Below are positions 1-10,601 of a stretch of DNA of 64,000 nt, one piece after another. Each line of letters opens with the position of its first letter. The stretch's first letter is position 1. This DNA comes from Dehalococcoidia bacterium (lineage in GTDB: Bacteria; Chloroflexota; Dehalococcoidia; Lucifugimonadales; UBA3495). The position numbers and the translations under genes were made by a program. The DNA lies in NCBI GenBank assembly GCA_963668505.2, contig CAXXWY010000026.1, positions 621 to 64,620 on the forward strand. Direction: 5' to 3'. The notes beneath the pieces were generated by a model. The model ran no database searches. It saw only the letters and a list, made by a program, of their open reading frames with translations, and had not been told where the DNA came from.

Positions 1-822
1 TTCTGGGGCCATCAGCGACGGTAGAAGCCCTGCAGCCAAGCCAAGCAATTTTTGAGCATCGTCATCTTCCAAGGCTTCGAAATCGGCAACAATGTCGAAC
101 AAATCCCCCACGTATTTATCTGAGTCGGGAGACAGCCATCGCACTCCTTGGAGGGCCTTCAACATTTGCAGTGGGGCTGGAGGATTTAGCCCTTGGGTTG
201 CCATGGACCTAGCAACCCAGTAAGCTCCAGCCAAATCGTCTTGCGCTACAAGAGACCATAGGGTTGATCGCAGATCATCGACAGGTTGTCGCTTGGCTAT
301 AACTTTGTAGTTTTGAATCGTCTCATTGTCTTCTGCTGTCACCGCAATGTGTAGTTCAATGTCTCCGTCCTCTAAGGCATCATTGGCAATCTCAAAATGG
401 CCGTCCATGGACATTACTCCATGAACTTGCGCGCCACTAACCAGAACGGCTGTCAATGCCACAGTCGCTGCTGGATGAGTCGTTCTAGGGACAACGGTCA
501 CAGTGTCTAGTTCTTCAGTGAGACCGATGCTAACCTGCGTCTCGCCTTCTGGAAAATCGATGGGCATTCCTTGAAGGTGTAGGGATTCAAGACTTGCATC
601 CTCGCTTGGAGCGGAGGCCGTATGGTTGCTGGACGCACAAGTTTCAGCTTCTTCATCCGCGGTTTGGACGGAACAGTCTAGTATAGCCTCGCTGGATTCT
701 TGACCTTCCGGGCTCTCGCTAGTCAGAGCATTGTCTAATATCAGTTTGTGTTCGTTTATCATTAGAGCAACCGCGTCGTGTTCCTCTCTAAGGCGTCGCG
801 TTTCGCTGAAGGAGGACCCCAT
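1..822 (-). CDS. hypothetical protein; 3' end runs off the left edge and it may be continuous with 893..1696 through a frame change
   Basis: Manual minus-strand translation: the frame is open from 972 down to base 1, with the first ATG at 822 (MGSSFSETRRLREEHDAVALMINEHKLILD...LLGLAAGLLPSLMAPE-). Composition is realistic and acidic. No motif recognised. AT-richer than core genes. Confidence 0.45.
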   Translation of the reverse strand, partial: MGSSFSETRRLREEHDAVALMINEHKLILDNALTSESPEGQESSEAILDCSVQTADEEAETCASSNHTASAPSEDASLESLHLQGMPIDFPEGETQVSIGLTEELDTVTVVPRTTHPAATVALTAVLVSGAQVHGVMSMDGHFEIANDALEDGDIELHIAVTAEDNETIQNYKVIAKRQPVDDLRSTLWSLVAQDDLAGAYWVARSMATQGLNPPAPLQMLKALQGVRWLSPDSDKYVGDLFDIVADFEALEDDDAQKLLGLAAGLLPSLMAPE

Positions 823-892
823 CTTGGGGTCGGGATCATACTTCCCCAGTAAACTACTGAATTCTTCCAATCTCTTTGCGACCTCGGCAATC

Positions 893-1696
893 TCAGATGA
901 GGACAAACTGGCCGGGACCTCCCAACCGCTCAAGTCGAGTTCCAAAATATTCCAACACAGTGGAGTATTTGCTTAATTCAGCTATCTTTCCGCTGACCGC
1001 TTCGACAGCTGCCACCGACTCACGCTCGTTTTTCTTCCTATCAGTGATATCGCTGACCCACGCTATGAAATCAGGGATATCGGAATTCCACTCTGGGGCA
1101 TCAGCAGGCAACTGGTCTAAGAAACGGCGGGCTTGCGAAAGGATGTTCTGGTTAGTCATATTCGCCTCGTGTTTGGCCTCGACTCTACTGCTATCAGGCA
1201 TCTTATCTGTCGCGAAACACAGCATTAGAGCCACATCATTTTTATTCAAAGACTCGTGAACAGCCAAGATACTGTCACGTTCTGAAATCCAGTCATCGGA
1301 TGACCAAGCCTCTCTGAATTTGTGGTTAACAAAATCGGGATATTCGACCTCGATGTCCCTACCGTAAAGGTATCCCTTGACTAATGCGTACAGGGTCTCA
1401 TGTGATGCGAACCAAGCTTGAAAGACTGCGTTTGCTAATGATTCCGAAATGTCCAACTGGCCGAGAATATGTTGCTTAACAACCGGGACTGGTGCTATAG
1501 CCGGCTGGTTGGGAAACTGTGGTATTTTTACAACCGAATTGATAGCGGAATCGAGTTTACGACGCACATCGTTGGGCAATTCTCCTTTGTGCTTGAGGAC
1601 GCGAACTACGAGCGATTCCTCGAATTCCGGGGACATCAAGGCCAGAAGTGACGCGTGCCTGAGGTCGGTTGGCGTTATTGACGTGTGTTCGGTCAC
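893..1696 (-). CDS. hypothetical protein
   Basis: 267-aa ORF with a GTG start and AAGGAG about 11 nt upstream. Non-repetitive composition. No motif recognised. AT-richer than core genes. Confidence 0.5.
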   Translation of the reverse strand: MTEHTSITPTDLRHASLLALMSPEFEESLVVRVLKHKGELPNDVRRKLDSAINSVVKIPQFPNQPAIAPVPVVKQHILGQLDISESLANAVFQAWFASHETLYALVKGYLYGRDIEVEYPDFVNHKFREAWSSDDWISERDSILAVHESLNKNDVALMLCFATDKMPDSSRVEAKHEANMTNQNILSQARRFLDQLPADAPEWNSDIPDFIAWVSDITDRKKNERESVAAVEAVSGKIAELSKYSTVLEYFGTRLERLGGPGQFVLI

Positions 1697-1978
1697 CGCA
1701 GCTCAGACTCCTTATCCTAAAAGATATCGTTTGAATGCCCCGGTGGACTTCAACCCTTCGGAGATTATCGCAAACCGACCTTTGATTGGCAACGAATCGC
1801 CTTGTTCCAACCGAATTCGGCGATCACTTGTTTGAACCCATTCATCGTCATGGGTAACGACACGGGGTGACCAGAAACCAGCCTCCGCAGCCTGCTAAGG
1901 TATTGATTACCCAAGACTTGACCATTAGAATTGTTCTTCGCTGCGAAACCAGTAATCCTAAAGCAGGAGGGCAGGTGA

Positions 1979-2344
1979 TTGAATGGACTAGGACTTCATC
2001 TTTTGCTGGAGCTCAATGATTGTAATCCCAGGCTCCTCAACGACGTCGATTACATACGACGGGAGCTACTCAACACAGCCCGCGAGGTGGGCGCCACTGT
2101 CGTGGGCGAATCGTTTCACCGGTTTAGTCCCCAGGGGGTGACTGGCATTCTCGCCATAGCCGAGTCCCACATTTCCATACATACCTGGCCCGAGTTCGGT
2201 TACGCCGCAGCCGATATTTTCGCCTGCGGTTCCTCCTTCCGGCCCAGGGAGGCCGCCGATATCCTCGCCAGCAAGCTGGAATGCCGGGACCCGGAGATCA
2301 CAGAAGTCCCCCGGGGTATGACCCAAAAAGCCGCTGCTGGTTGA
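1979..2344 (+). CDS. speH: S-adenosylmethionine decarboxylase proenzyme (pyruvoyl-dependent, class 1)
   Basis: Signature AESHISIHTWPEFGYAAADIFACG with the E-S self-cleavage site. TTG start with AGGAGG 8 nt upstream. Followed by speE. Confidence 0.9.
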   Translation: MNGLGLHLLLELNDCNPRLLNDVDYIRRELLNTAREVGATVVGESFHRFSPQGVTGILAIAESHISIHTWPEFGYAAADIFACGSSFRPREAADILASKLECRDPEITEVPRGMTQKAAAG

Positions 2345-2364
2345 GCCGTCAGTCCTACGAGAGC

Positions 2365-3363
2365 ATGGACATATCTGGCAAATGGTATTTGGAGACAATC
2401 TGCCCGGACCTGGCTGTAATGCTTCAGGTGCGGCAGGTTCTCTATTCCGGTAAAACGGCGTTTCAGAAAGTTGAGGTGCTGGACTCCAGCGTCTTCGGCC
2501 GCAGCTTGGTGCTGGACGGTAAGACCCAGTCCACCGAGCGGGACGAACACATCTATCATGAAGCCCTGGTGCATCCTACCATGCTGCTCCATCCCAATCC
2601 CCGCTCCGTTTTCATAGCCGGCGGAGGCGAGGGAGCTTCTCTCCGCGAGGTACTGGCCCACAAGTCCGTCGAGCGCGCCGTCATGCTGGACTTGGACCGC
2701 GAGGTGGTGGAAATCTGCCGCCGGTTCCTGCCCCAGCATCACCAGGGCAGCTTCGACGACCCCAGGGTGGAACTCAGCCACCAAGACGCAAGGGAGTACC
2801 TGTCCGGCGGTGGCCAGACCTTCGACGTGATGATTATGGACCTGGTCGATCCGTTAGAGGCGGGGACGGCCTTCCTGCTGTACACCCAGGAATACTACCA
2901 GATCGCCCGTTCGAGACTGAACCCCGGAGGCATTCTGGTAACCCAGTCGGGCCCCTCCGGCCTGCTCAGCTACCACGAGTGCTTCACCACCATCTTCAAC
3001 ACCCTGGGCAGCATTTTCCAGTACACGCTCCCCGCCCAGGTGCACGTTCCGGCGTTCGGGACCTTGTGGGGATTCACTCTGGTTTCCGATTCCCCCATTC
3101 CCCTGCTTACGGACGGGGAACTCGACGACATGATCGCCCGGCGGGTGTCCAAGCCGTTGACGTTCTACGACGGCGAGTCCCACCGCAGCATGTTCGCCCT
3201 GCCCAAGTTCCTGCGGGGACGGCATCCAGCAGGAGCAGCGCATCAACCGGGACTCCGCTCCGGTGTTCATGGTCTAATCGCCCTAGCGCCCTCTAGCCCC
3301 GGCCGTTGCCGTTGGGCTGGATCAGCACCCGCACCGTGCCGTCCGTCTCTTTCCGCTGGCTGA
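2365..3363 (+). CDS. speE: spermidine synthase / polyamine aminopropyltransferase
   Basis: VLDGKTQSTERDEHIYHEALVHP and FIAGGGEGASLREVL motifs. Start moved to MDISGKWYLE (ATG 2365). The literal ORF ends at 3363 with a low-complexity tail; the +1 frame ends at 3277 (see findings). Confidence 0.85.
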   Translation: MDISGKWYLETICPDLAVMLQVRQVLYSGKTAFQKVEVLDSSVFGRSLVLDGKTQSTERDEHIYHEALVHPTMLLHPNPRSVFIAGGGEGASLREVLAHKSVERAVMLDLDREVVEICRRFLPQHHQGSFDDPRVELSHQDAREYLSGGGQTFDVMIMDLVDPLEAGTAFLLYTQEYYQIARSRLNPGGILVTQSGPSGLLSYHECFTTIFNTLGSIFQYTLPAQVHVPAFGTLWGFTLVSDSPIPLLTDGELDDMIARRVSKPLTFYDGESHRSMFALPKFLRGRHPAGAAHQPGLRSGVHGLIALAPSSPGRCRWAGSAPAPCRPSLSAG

Positions 3364-3790
3364 GCAGATGATGCCCCGCATTCTCCGCCCATACAATCAC
3401 GTCGTATATGTTCAGGGCGTCGGCCAGGATGGCTTCTACGATAGACCCCCTGTCTGCCTGCAGCTGGTGGGAGAGCGCGGCGATTACCCCGGCGCAGCTC
3501 TTGCCCCGCCCGTCGATAATCACCCAGCCGCTGCTGCCGTTCCCGTTGCCCGACACCACGGGTTGGTCGACGTGAACCGCCACTTCCCCGCTCTTCCTCA
3601 TGTCCAGTTGTCGCTTGAACTCCGCCACAGCTTCCCAGGCCACCGCCCGGTCCCGTTCTCCCTGGCTGCACACCGCTCCCCGCACCCCAACGATGTCTGG
3701 GTTGATGCGGGCCAGTTCGTCCCAGGTCTTCGATCCTGAGATGACCCGAAAGCGATGTGCTGAGTCCCAGTTCCTTGCCTTCCAGCACAA
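3293..3790 (-). CDS. MfnB/DUF556 C-terminal segment plus TusA/SirA-like domain; probably the 3' part of the 3820..5340 gene
   Basis: The translation contains PDIVGVRGAVCSQGERD (MfnB C-terminus). This is followed by IIDGRGKSCAGV...DVIVWAENAGHHLL...DGTVRVLIQ (TusA-like fold pattern with Cys). The listed ATG is unlikely to be a true start. Confidence 0.5.
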   Translation of the reverse strand: MCWKARNWDSAHRFRVISGSKTWDELARINPDIVGVRGAVCSQGERDRAVAWEAVAEFKRQLDMRKSGEVAVHVDQPVVSGNGNGSSGWVIIDGRGKSCAGVIAALSHQLQADRGSIVEAILADALNIYDVIVWAENAGHHLLSQRKETDGTVRVLIQPNGNGRG

Positions 3791-3819
3791 TCTCCTTCAG
3801 CTTGGACTCGGGGATGAAG

Positions 3820-5340
3820 TCAAACAGGTTCCGTCCGTCCCTTGCTCAGGGTGTCTATCAAGAAGCCGTCGCATTCGCCCTCTTTGGCCAGTTGCACCAT
3901 GCACAGTGGGTCCAAACCGTTGTACAGGTGGTTGTCGGCGAACAGCGACCCAATCAGCTTGGTGTTGAAACCCTCCATGGCTCGCCGCGACTGCCGCAGC
4001 GTTTCCACCGCCGTCTCGTAGTCGGTCTCGCAGAACCCCACCTTTACCGACGTGGCGTCCAGCGCCGCTGCTGCATAGGCGGCCATGGCCACGGTGCCTG
4101 GCTGGCTGGGCACCACCCCCAGCGTAACGCTTACGTGCTTTTCCGGCGGGATTTGGCCTTTGACCTCCCTCACTACCGAGGGGTGCCCCGACCCCACCAG
4201 GGCCTCTTGCAGGTTCTTGATGTCAACCACGTCCGCGCCGCCCCGCTCCGCTTCCAATGCCTCCGCCACGTTCTGGACGCTGACCATCAGCAGCATCCCG
4301 GAGAAGAAGCTGTTGTTCCCGGTAAGCCACGCAACCCGGGGATTGGGGACTGCTGCCACCGCCGGCGCCGGCGCCTTGGGCTTCAACGGCTCCAATTCCT
4401 CCCGCAGCGTCTGCTTTTCCTGCGGCGTGAGTTCTGCCAGCGGCGGTCGCACGGGCCCGCCCGTCATGCCCATCAGCTCACCCCAGTACTTGACCATCGA
4501 TACCGGCAGTGCGCCGTTGTACTTGTTGACCGTCCTGGTCCACCAGGTGTCGGAAAGCTCCTTCAGCCGCCGCAGGTGGGTCTCGTAGAACTGTTCGTCC
4601 AGGTCCCCTCTGGTAGCCCGCTCTACGAACTGGACGTAGTTGTTGCACTCCGGCGTGTCGAACCGCCAGTCCGACGTATTGGAAAACATCACCTGCTGCT
4701 GGAAGCCCAATTCCTTGCCCTTCCAGAATATCCACTCGTCCGGGGTGCTGATTACGTGGTCTTTGCCCAGAGACAGGTGGGTCTCAATCGACAGTTGCTG
4801 GTTGAAGCTCGCTTCCTTCAGTCCCACCACGTTGGGTATCCGGCACAGACGCTCCAGTCCCGACGGGCTCATCACGATGCCGAACTGCGGCGAGTTATAG
4901 AACATTATCGCCAGGTTGCTGTTCTCGGCCAGCAGTTGCACGTATTCTATGACCTGCTCTTCAGTCTTGGTCACCATGTATGGCGGGGCGACTATCAAGA
5001 CATCGAAGCCCGCCGTCTCGGCGTGCCGGGCCAGCGACAGCATCTCCGGGGCCGAGGTATGCGTCACGTGGGCCCCGATGGGCCACCCGTCCCTTGCCTC
5101 GTCGGCCAGCACGTCCATGATGTGTGTCCGCTCGTCGTGGGTCAGGCTCCAGAACTCTCCCATGCCCCACGTGCAGCCGGCGCCCCTCGTCCCCAGCTTG
5201 CGGACGTGCCGGATATTCCGCCTCAGCCCCTCCTCGTCCACGCGGTTGTCCTGCGTAAACGGGGTGATCAAGGTCGTCCACTGCCCCTTCAGGTTCTCCC
5301 AGGCCCACTCCTGGGCCTCGTGCTTGCTATAGGTTGCCAT
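3820..5340 (-). CDS. DapA/DHDPS-family class I aldolase fused to the N-terminal two thirds of an MfnB-like (4-HFC-P synthase, DUF556) domain
   Basis: The N-terminal ~310 aa carry LITPF, GMGEFWSL, IVAPPY, FYNSP and VGLKEAS (Schiff-base Lys). After a Pro/Ala linker come GGADVVDIKN, SVKVGF and FLIDT, matching the MfnB catalytic Lys/Lys/Asp positions. The ORF stops at DTLSKGRTEPV, exactly where MfnB continues. Confidence 0.75.
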   Translation of the reverse strand: MATYSKHEAQEWAWENLKGQWTTLITPFTQDNRVDEEGLRRNIRHVRKLGTRGAGCTWGMGEFWSLTHDERTHIMDVLADEARDGWPIGAHVTHTSAPEMLSLARHAETAGFDVLIVAPPYMVTKTEEQVIEYVQLLAENSNLAIMFYNSPQFGIVMSPSGLERLCRIPNVVGLKEASFNQQLSIETHLSLGKDHVISTPDEWIFWKGKELGFQQQVMFSNTSDWRFDTPECNNYVQFVERATRGDLDEQFYETHLRRLKELSDTWWTRTVNKYNGALPVSMVKYWGELMGMTGGPVRPPLAELTPQEKQTLREELEPLKPKAPAPAVAAVPNPRVAWLTGNNSFFSGMLLMVSVQNVAEALEAERGGADVVDIKNLQEALVGSGHPSVVREVKGQIPPEKHVSVTLGVVPSQPGTVAMAAYAAAALDATSVKVGFCETDYETAVETLRQSRRAMEGFNTKLIGSLFADNHLYNGLDPLCMVQLAKEGECDGFLIDTLSKGRTEPV

Positions 5341-5401
5341 ATTCTCCTAACTCCATCAGAGTAAGTTGCCAGCCTTTCGCCTTTCGCTCTTTGGTACTGG
5401 C

Positions 5402-5815
5402 CTAGCCTTCTCCCGCCCCGTTGCGGACCTCCTCCGGCAACAGCGCAAGAATCTGGGCAATAGCTTGCTGGATGCCCGGTATTAGAAGTTCCACATCTTC
5501 CCTGGTTCGCGCGGGCATATAGAAATTGTGGTGCAGGCTACTGGCGGCCTCAACGCTTGTGGGAAAGGCGGGGTCGTTAATTTCCCGGCCAATCCGCTGG
5601 TAGGCAAAGTTCATCAGGCTGCGATGGTCATATATTACCGGCCCTCGCCAGGCGTCGACGGCGTGGACGGCTTGACTTACGCTTCCCCACAACATCTCCC
5701 CGGCCTTACCCGGCTCGTCCTTTCGCAACGCATCCAGCGCATTGTCCATGTACTGACGGCAATGGTAGGCGTGGTTCCGGGCGGCTTCCGGGTCTCGGGC
5801 GGGCGCTGTTGTCAT
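5402..5815 (-). CDS. hypothetical helical protein (possibly PaREP1/HEPN-like)
   Basis: 137-aa ORF with realistic composition. The SLHHNFY segment and overall helical pattern resemble PaREP1-type proteins. The family call is weak. Confidence 0.5.
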   Translation of the reverse strand: MTTAPARDPEAARNHAYHCRQYMDNALDALRKDEPGKAGEMLWGSVSQAVHAVDAWRGPVIYDHRSLMNFAYQRIGREINDPAFPTSVEAASSLHHNFYMPARTREDVELLIPGIQQAIAQILALLPEEVRNGAGEG

Positions 5816-6004
5816 TCGTGAACTCTCCGTTAAATTCCTTACTGCTGAGTTTCGTTTCGGTCAGGGTGCTCCTTGGACTTCTCCGCAAACTCCGTTAGGA
5901 TCAAGTTGCTAGGATCGTTTCAACCATATTTTGAAGGATGATGTCTTCTCAGGCATATCCACTATCCTGTCATTCAGTTGCTGCATAGAGAAATGGGCGG
6001 ACAC

Positions 6005-8116
6005 TTAGTCAGAGGCTAGGTTATACGCTTGGCGTATAATTTGCATTACACTGTCGGTCCAACTTGACTGCCACATATCCACCACTACACCCACTGGGTG
6101 ATTGAAAGTTGAGTTCGGAATGAATTTCCAATCATTCCCGTCTTTCGCAAGCCAAGCGGGGGCCTCAATCTCCGACAGGTCAGCGTCCAACAGTAGCCTG
6201 ATGTTGTACTTCTGTGGCAGCAACTCCAAGAAAAATTCTGCTCCAGGTGTGTAGTAGCAGACCGACTTGCGCTCTTGCACAACTTGGATGCCGTCATCGA
6301 GATTCGTTATCTCTTTGTGGAGAGGATCGAACAAATTCTTTGCCCTTACGGTCATTCGGATTTTGCTAACATCGGTTCGTTCTGCCCGTTCTTGCACGCG
6401 CTTCATGTGGCGCGCTTCTACATAAGCTCGAGGAGGCTGCGGATGCTTCCAAACGGTTAACGCGCGGTTGGCCAGCAGTTGCCCGCGTTCCTTCATTTTT
6501 TCTTCCGTCCATTCCGACTGCTGCCTCACGAAGGCATTCAATCGTACCGCGCTTTCGTTGAAACCGCCGGGGATGGTCTTTTTCTTCTCAAACGGCCGGT
6601 CGGAAATTCGAGAATTGTTAGCGGCTGCGGTCAAGGTAAGATTCCCCAAGCGGTGAAGCCAAAGACTGTGAATCTCTTGCCAGTTGTCTCCCAGCATTTC
6701 TTGCCATTCGGGTGCCAGGTTCTCCGTTTGTGGCATTATGTGTTCGATGGAATAGGTCCCCGTGGGACTCGGTTCTGGTGAGCCATGATTTTCGAGTCTG
6801 GACAGAAGCTTCCAACAGACCCGCGTTCGGTACAATTCTCCTTCTTCCAGAGACCTGCGGAAATCGGAATCGGGTGGCCAGGCATACGTTCCGCGCTGTT
6901 GCGTGTATGCGAACAATAGAGAGTCCAAGGGAGCACTGTCTTCTATCTGCTTGGCCACCCCGGCAAAATTGTCCCAATAGGAACGGGTCTGCGCCCGCGC
7001 CACCGCACGGCGCATGAGGTAGCTCTCAGTGGCTTCCAAAGCCGCCACGAATTCTTCCTGTCTCAGGGTGCCCTTATCATGACAGTCGAAAAGTCGCATT
7101 ACCAGAACGGCAGTAGTGTCGCCGTGATAGCGCACATTGGCTAGAGCCTGCGAAGTTGCCAGTGAAGAATCGCGGTCAAATCCCTTGAACCTCGCATAAT
7201 ATCCGGCGAACCGCAGCATTTCTTGTAGTTGGTCTTCCAATTCTACTAATGCGAACGGCGAACTACGAAAACGTTTGAATTCTTCGTAGATATGGTCCCC
7301 TCTGGCTTGTTTAGTATCTCCCCGCTTCAACGCGATGTAGTCCCTGATAAACGAGTCCAAGGCGCTGTCGTGTGTTAAGAACAGCATCTCGATTTTACGC
7401 CAATACTGATCGTACAGCCGGGTCTGTTCAGCTTCTTCCAGCCCCATGAGCAAGTAGTTGCGAACGAGGTCACTCTGGCTGAGATCAATGCCAGTGGAGT
7501 TCATGCTTTCGAAAATGTTTTGCGGGTTGTCGATATTCCGGTCCAGCGTCATCTCGACTAACCTGAGACCCATGACGCCGCGATAGACTGTTCCCGGGTC
7601 GATGTCGCCTTCTCGCAGCAGGTCCCGGAAATGTTGGTAGGCCTCATCAATCAGGGACATCTCAGCCCCGGTTTCGTTGTCGAGGGGATGGCCGTCCACC
7701 ACTGAGCGCAAGACATCGTTATCGGTTCGTCTAAGCACCAGCTTATATCTAAAGTCGCCGGTTTCCAGGCTGTTCTTGAGGCAGTATTCATCTATCTGCT
7801 CGGCTGTCGGGCCAGCCCCATTGCCCTGCGAACTCGTCTCGCTGATGTGGTCGCGCAAGGCGGCGCACAGTACCGTGAGAGTCGCGAGCCTCTGCTGGCC
7901 GTCGATTACGAGGTATGTAGGTATCGAAGCATATGCGGTATCCGGAGCATGGACGATTGAACCGGCGAAATGCCCCGCACTACCTGCACCAAGAATGTCA
8001 TCCCACAGTTTTTGCCAGTTGTCTTCCTGCCACTTGTAATCTCGTTGGAACACCGGGATCAGGAACTGCCTGGGCCCAAAGATTATTTGTTGAAATGTAG
8101 TGTTTCTTGCCTGCAC
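6005..8116 (-). CDS. GmrSD-family type IV (modification-dependent) restriction endonuclease, DUF262 + DUF1524, with a C-terminal extension
   Basis: N-terminus has IPVFQRDYKW and VIDGQQRLATL (DUF262). The C-terminal half has YSIEHIMPQ...LHRLGNLTLT...NN (DUF1524 His-Me finger). About 130 extra C-terminal residues. AT-rich relative to the flanks. Confidence 0.8.
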   Translation of the reverse strand: MQARNTTFQQIIFGPRQFLIPVFQRDYKWQEDNWQKLWDDILGAGSAGHFAGSIVHAPDTAYASIPTYLVIDGQQRLATLTVLCAALRDHISETSSQGNGAGPTAEQIDEYCLKNSLETGDFRYKLVLRRTDNDVLRSVVDGHPLDNETGAEMSLIDEAYQHFRDLLREGDIDPGTVYRGVMGLRLVEMTLDRNIDNPQNIFESMNSTGIDLSQSDLVRNYLLMGLEEAEQTRLYDQYWRKIEMLFLTHDSALDSFIRDYIALKRGDTKQARGDHIYEEFKRFRSSPFALVELEDQLQEMLRFAGYYARFKGFDRDSSLATSQALANVRYHGDTTAVLVMRLFDCHDKGTLRQEEFVAALEATESYLMRRAVARAQTRSYWDNFAGVAKQIEDSAPLDSLLFAYTQQRGTYAWPPDSDFRRSLEEGELYRTRVCWKLLSRLENHGSPEPSPTGTYSIEHIMPQTENLAPEWQEMLGDNWQEIHSLWLHRLGNLTLTAAANNSRISDRPFEKKKTIPGGFNESAVRLNAFVRQQSEWTEEKMKERGQLLANRALTVWKHPQPPRAYVEARHMKRVQERAERTDVSKIRMTVRAKNLFDPLHKEITNLDDGIQVVQERKSVCYYTPGAEFFLELLPQKYNIRLLLDADLSEIEAPAWLAKDGNDWKFIPNSTFNHPVGVVVDMWQSSWTDSVMQIIRQAYNLASD

Positions 8117-8126
8117 CGGGATCCCC

Positions 8127-10085
<1,959 letters not shown>

Positions 10086-10324
10086 ACCTCCAATACATCG
10101 GCCGTTCCTTCACACTGCACACGCTGCCGCCGGCAGGCTTTGGCCGGCTGGCAGTCCCTCAAGCCAAATTTTGACATACGGCGGCCCCCTTGTAAACGCC
10201 ACTCCCGGAAGCCGATCATGTTCCGACTCTCATAGGACCGGCGCTATAGCCCTCGATGGGTCGTGTCTCCTGTCTCCCTTCCATACATTCCCTCTGCAAC
10301 CCGTCACCCTCCGCCTTCCACAGA

Positions 10325-10475
10325 GTCATTCCCGCGCAGGGAGGCCTTTGTACAACTCCCAAAATAGCATAACTTGCGGAGAACGGACGGCATTTTCCAA
10401 CCTATCTCCTACCCATAGATTCCGGCTCTGAGGTCGAAATGACGGTTACGCAAGGGTCTCCGCAGGCGGGAATCC
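10325..10475. repeat. REP-type hairpin (GTCATTCCCGCGCAGG / CGCAGGCGGGAATCC) split by a ~120-bp insert (10341-10460) flanked by direct CGCAGG
   Basis: The left half at 10325-10340 and the right half at 10461-10475 together reconstitute the palindromic unit. CGCAGG is present at both junctions. The insert ends are GAGGCC / GGTCTC. Confidence 0.6.
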
Positions 10476-10601
10476 CGCAACTCTGGAATCCTTACCCCAT
10501 CCCCTTGCAAATCCCGCTGGCTTGGTAAAGAATAGACTCGGACCCCAACCCTAGACCACGGACTTCCCCCAAACGGGTTAATTCATATCCTGCGAGGGCT
10601 T

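Noticed and set aside
3757-5364. 535-aa plus-strand ORF, plus many similar long ORFs (e.g. 14321..15364 -, 15575..16618 -, 15690..16760 -, 18358..19566 -, 28523..29689 +, 35095..36123 -, 51415..52413 +, 37372..38139 -)
   Set aside because: They lie antisense to genes with unmistakable family motifs. Their translations are R/G/P/H/V-rich low-complexity strings, as expected for shadow frames in GC-rich DNA.
10500-10540. TTGCAA-N17-AAGAAT promoter-like string upstream of amt; also a TTGACG box at 48313
   Set aside because: The -10 matches are poor or the spacing is wrong (12 nt for TTGACG-TATAAT). There is no supporting evidence.
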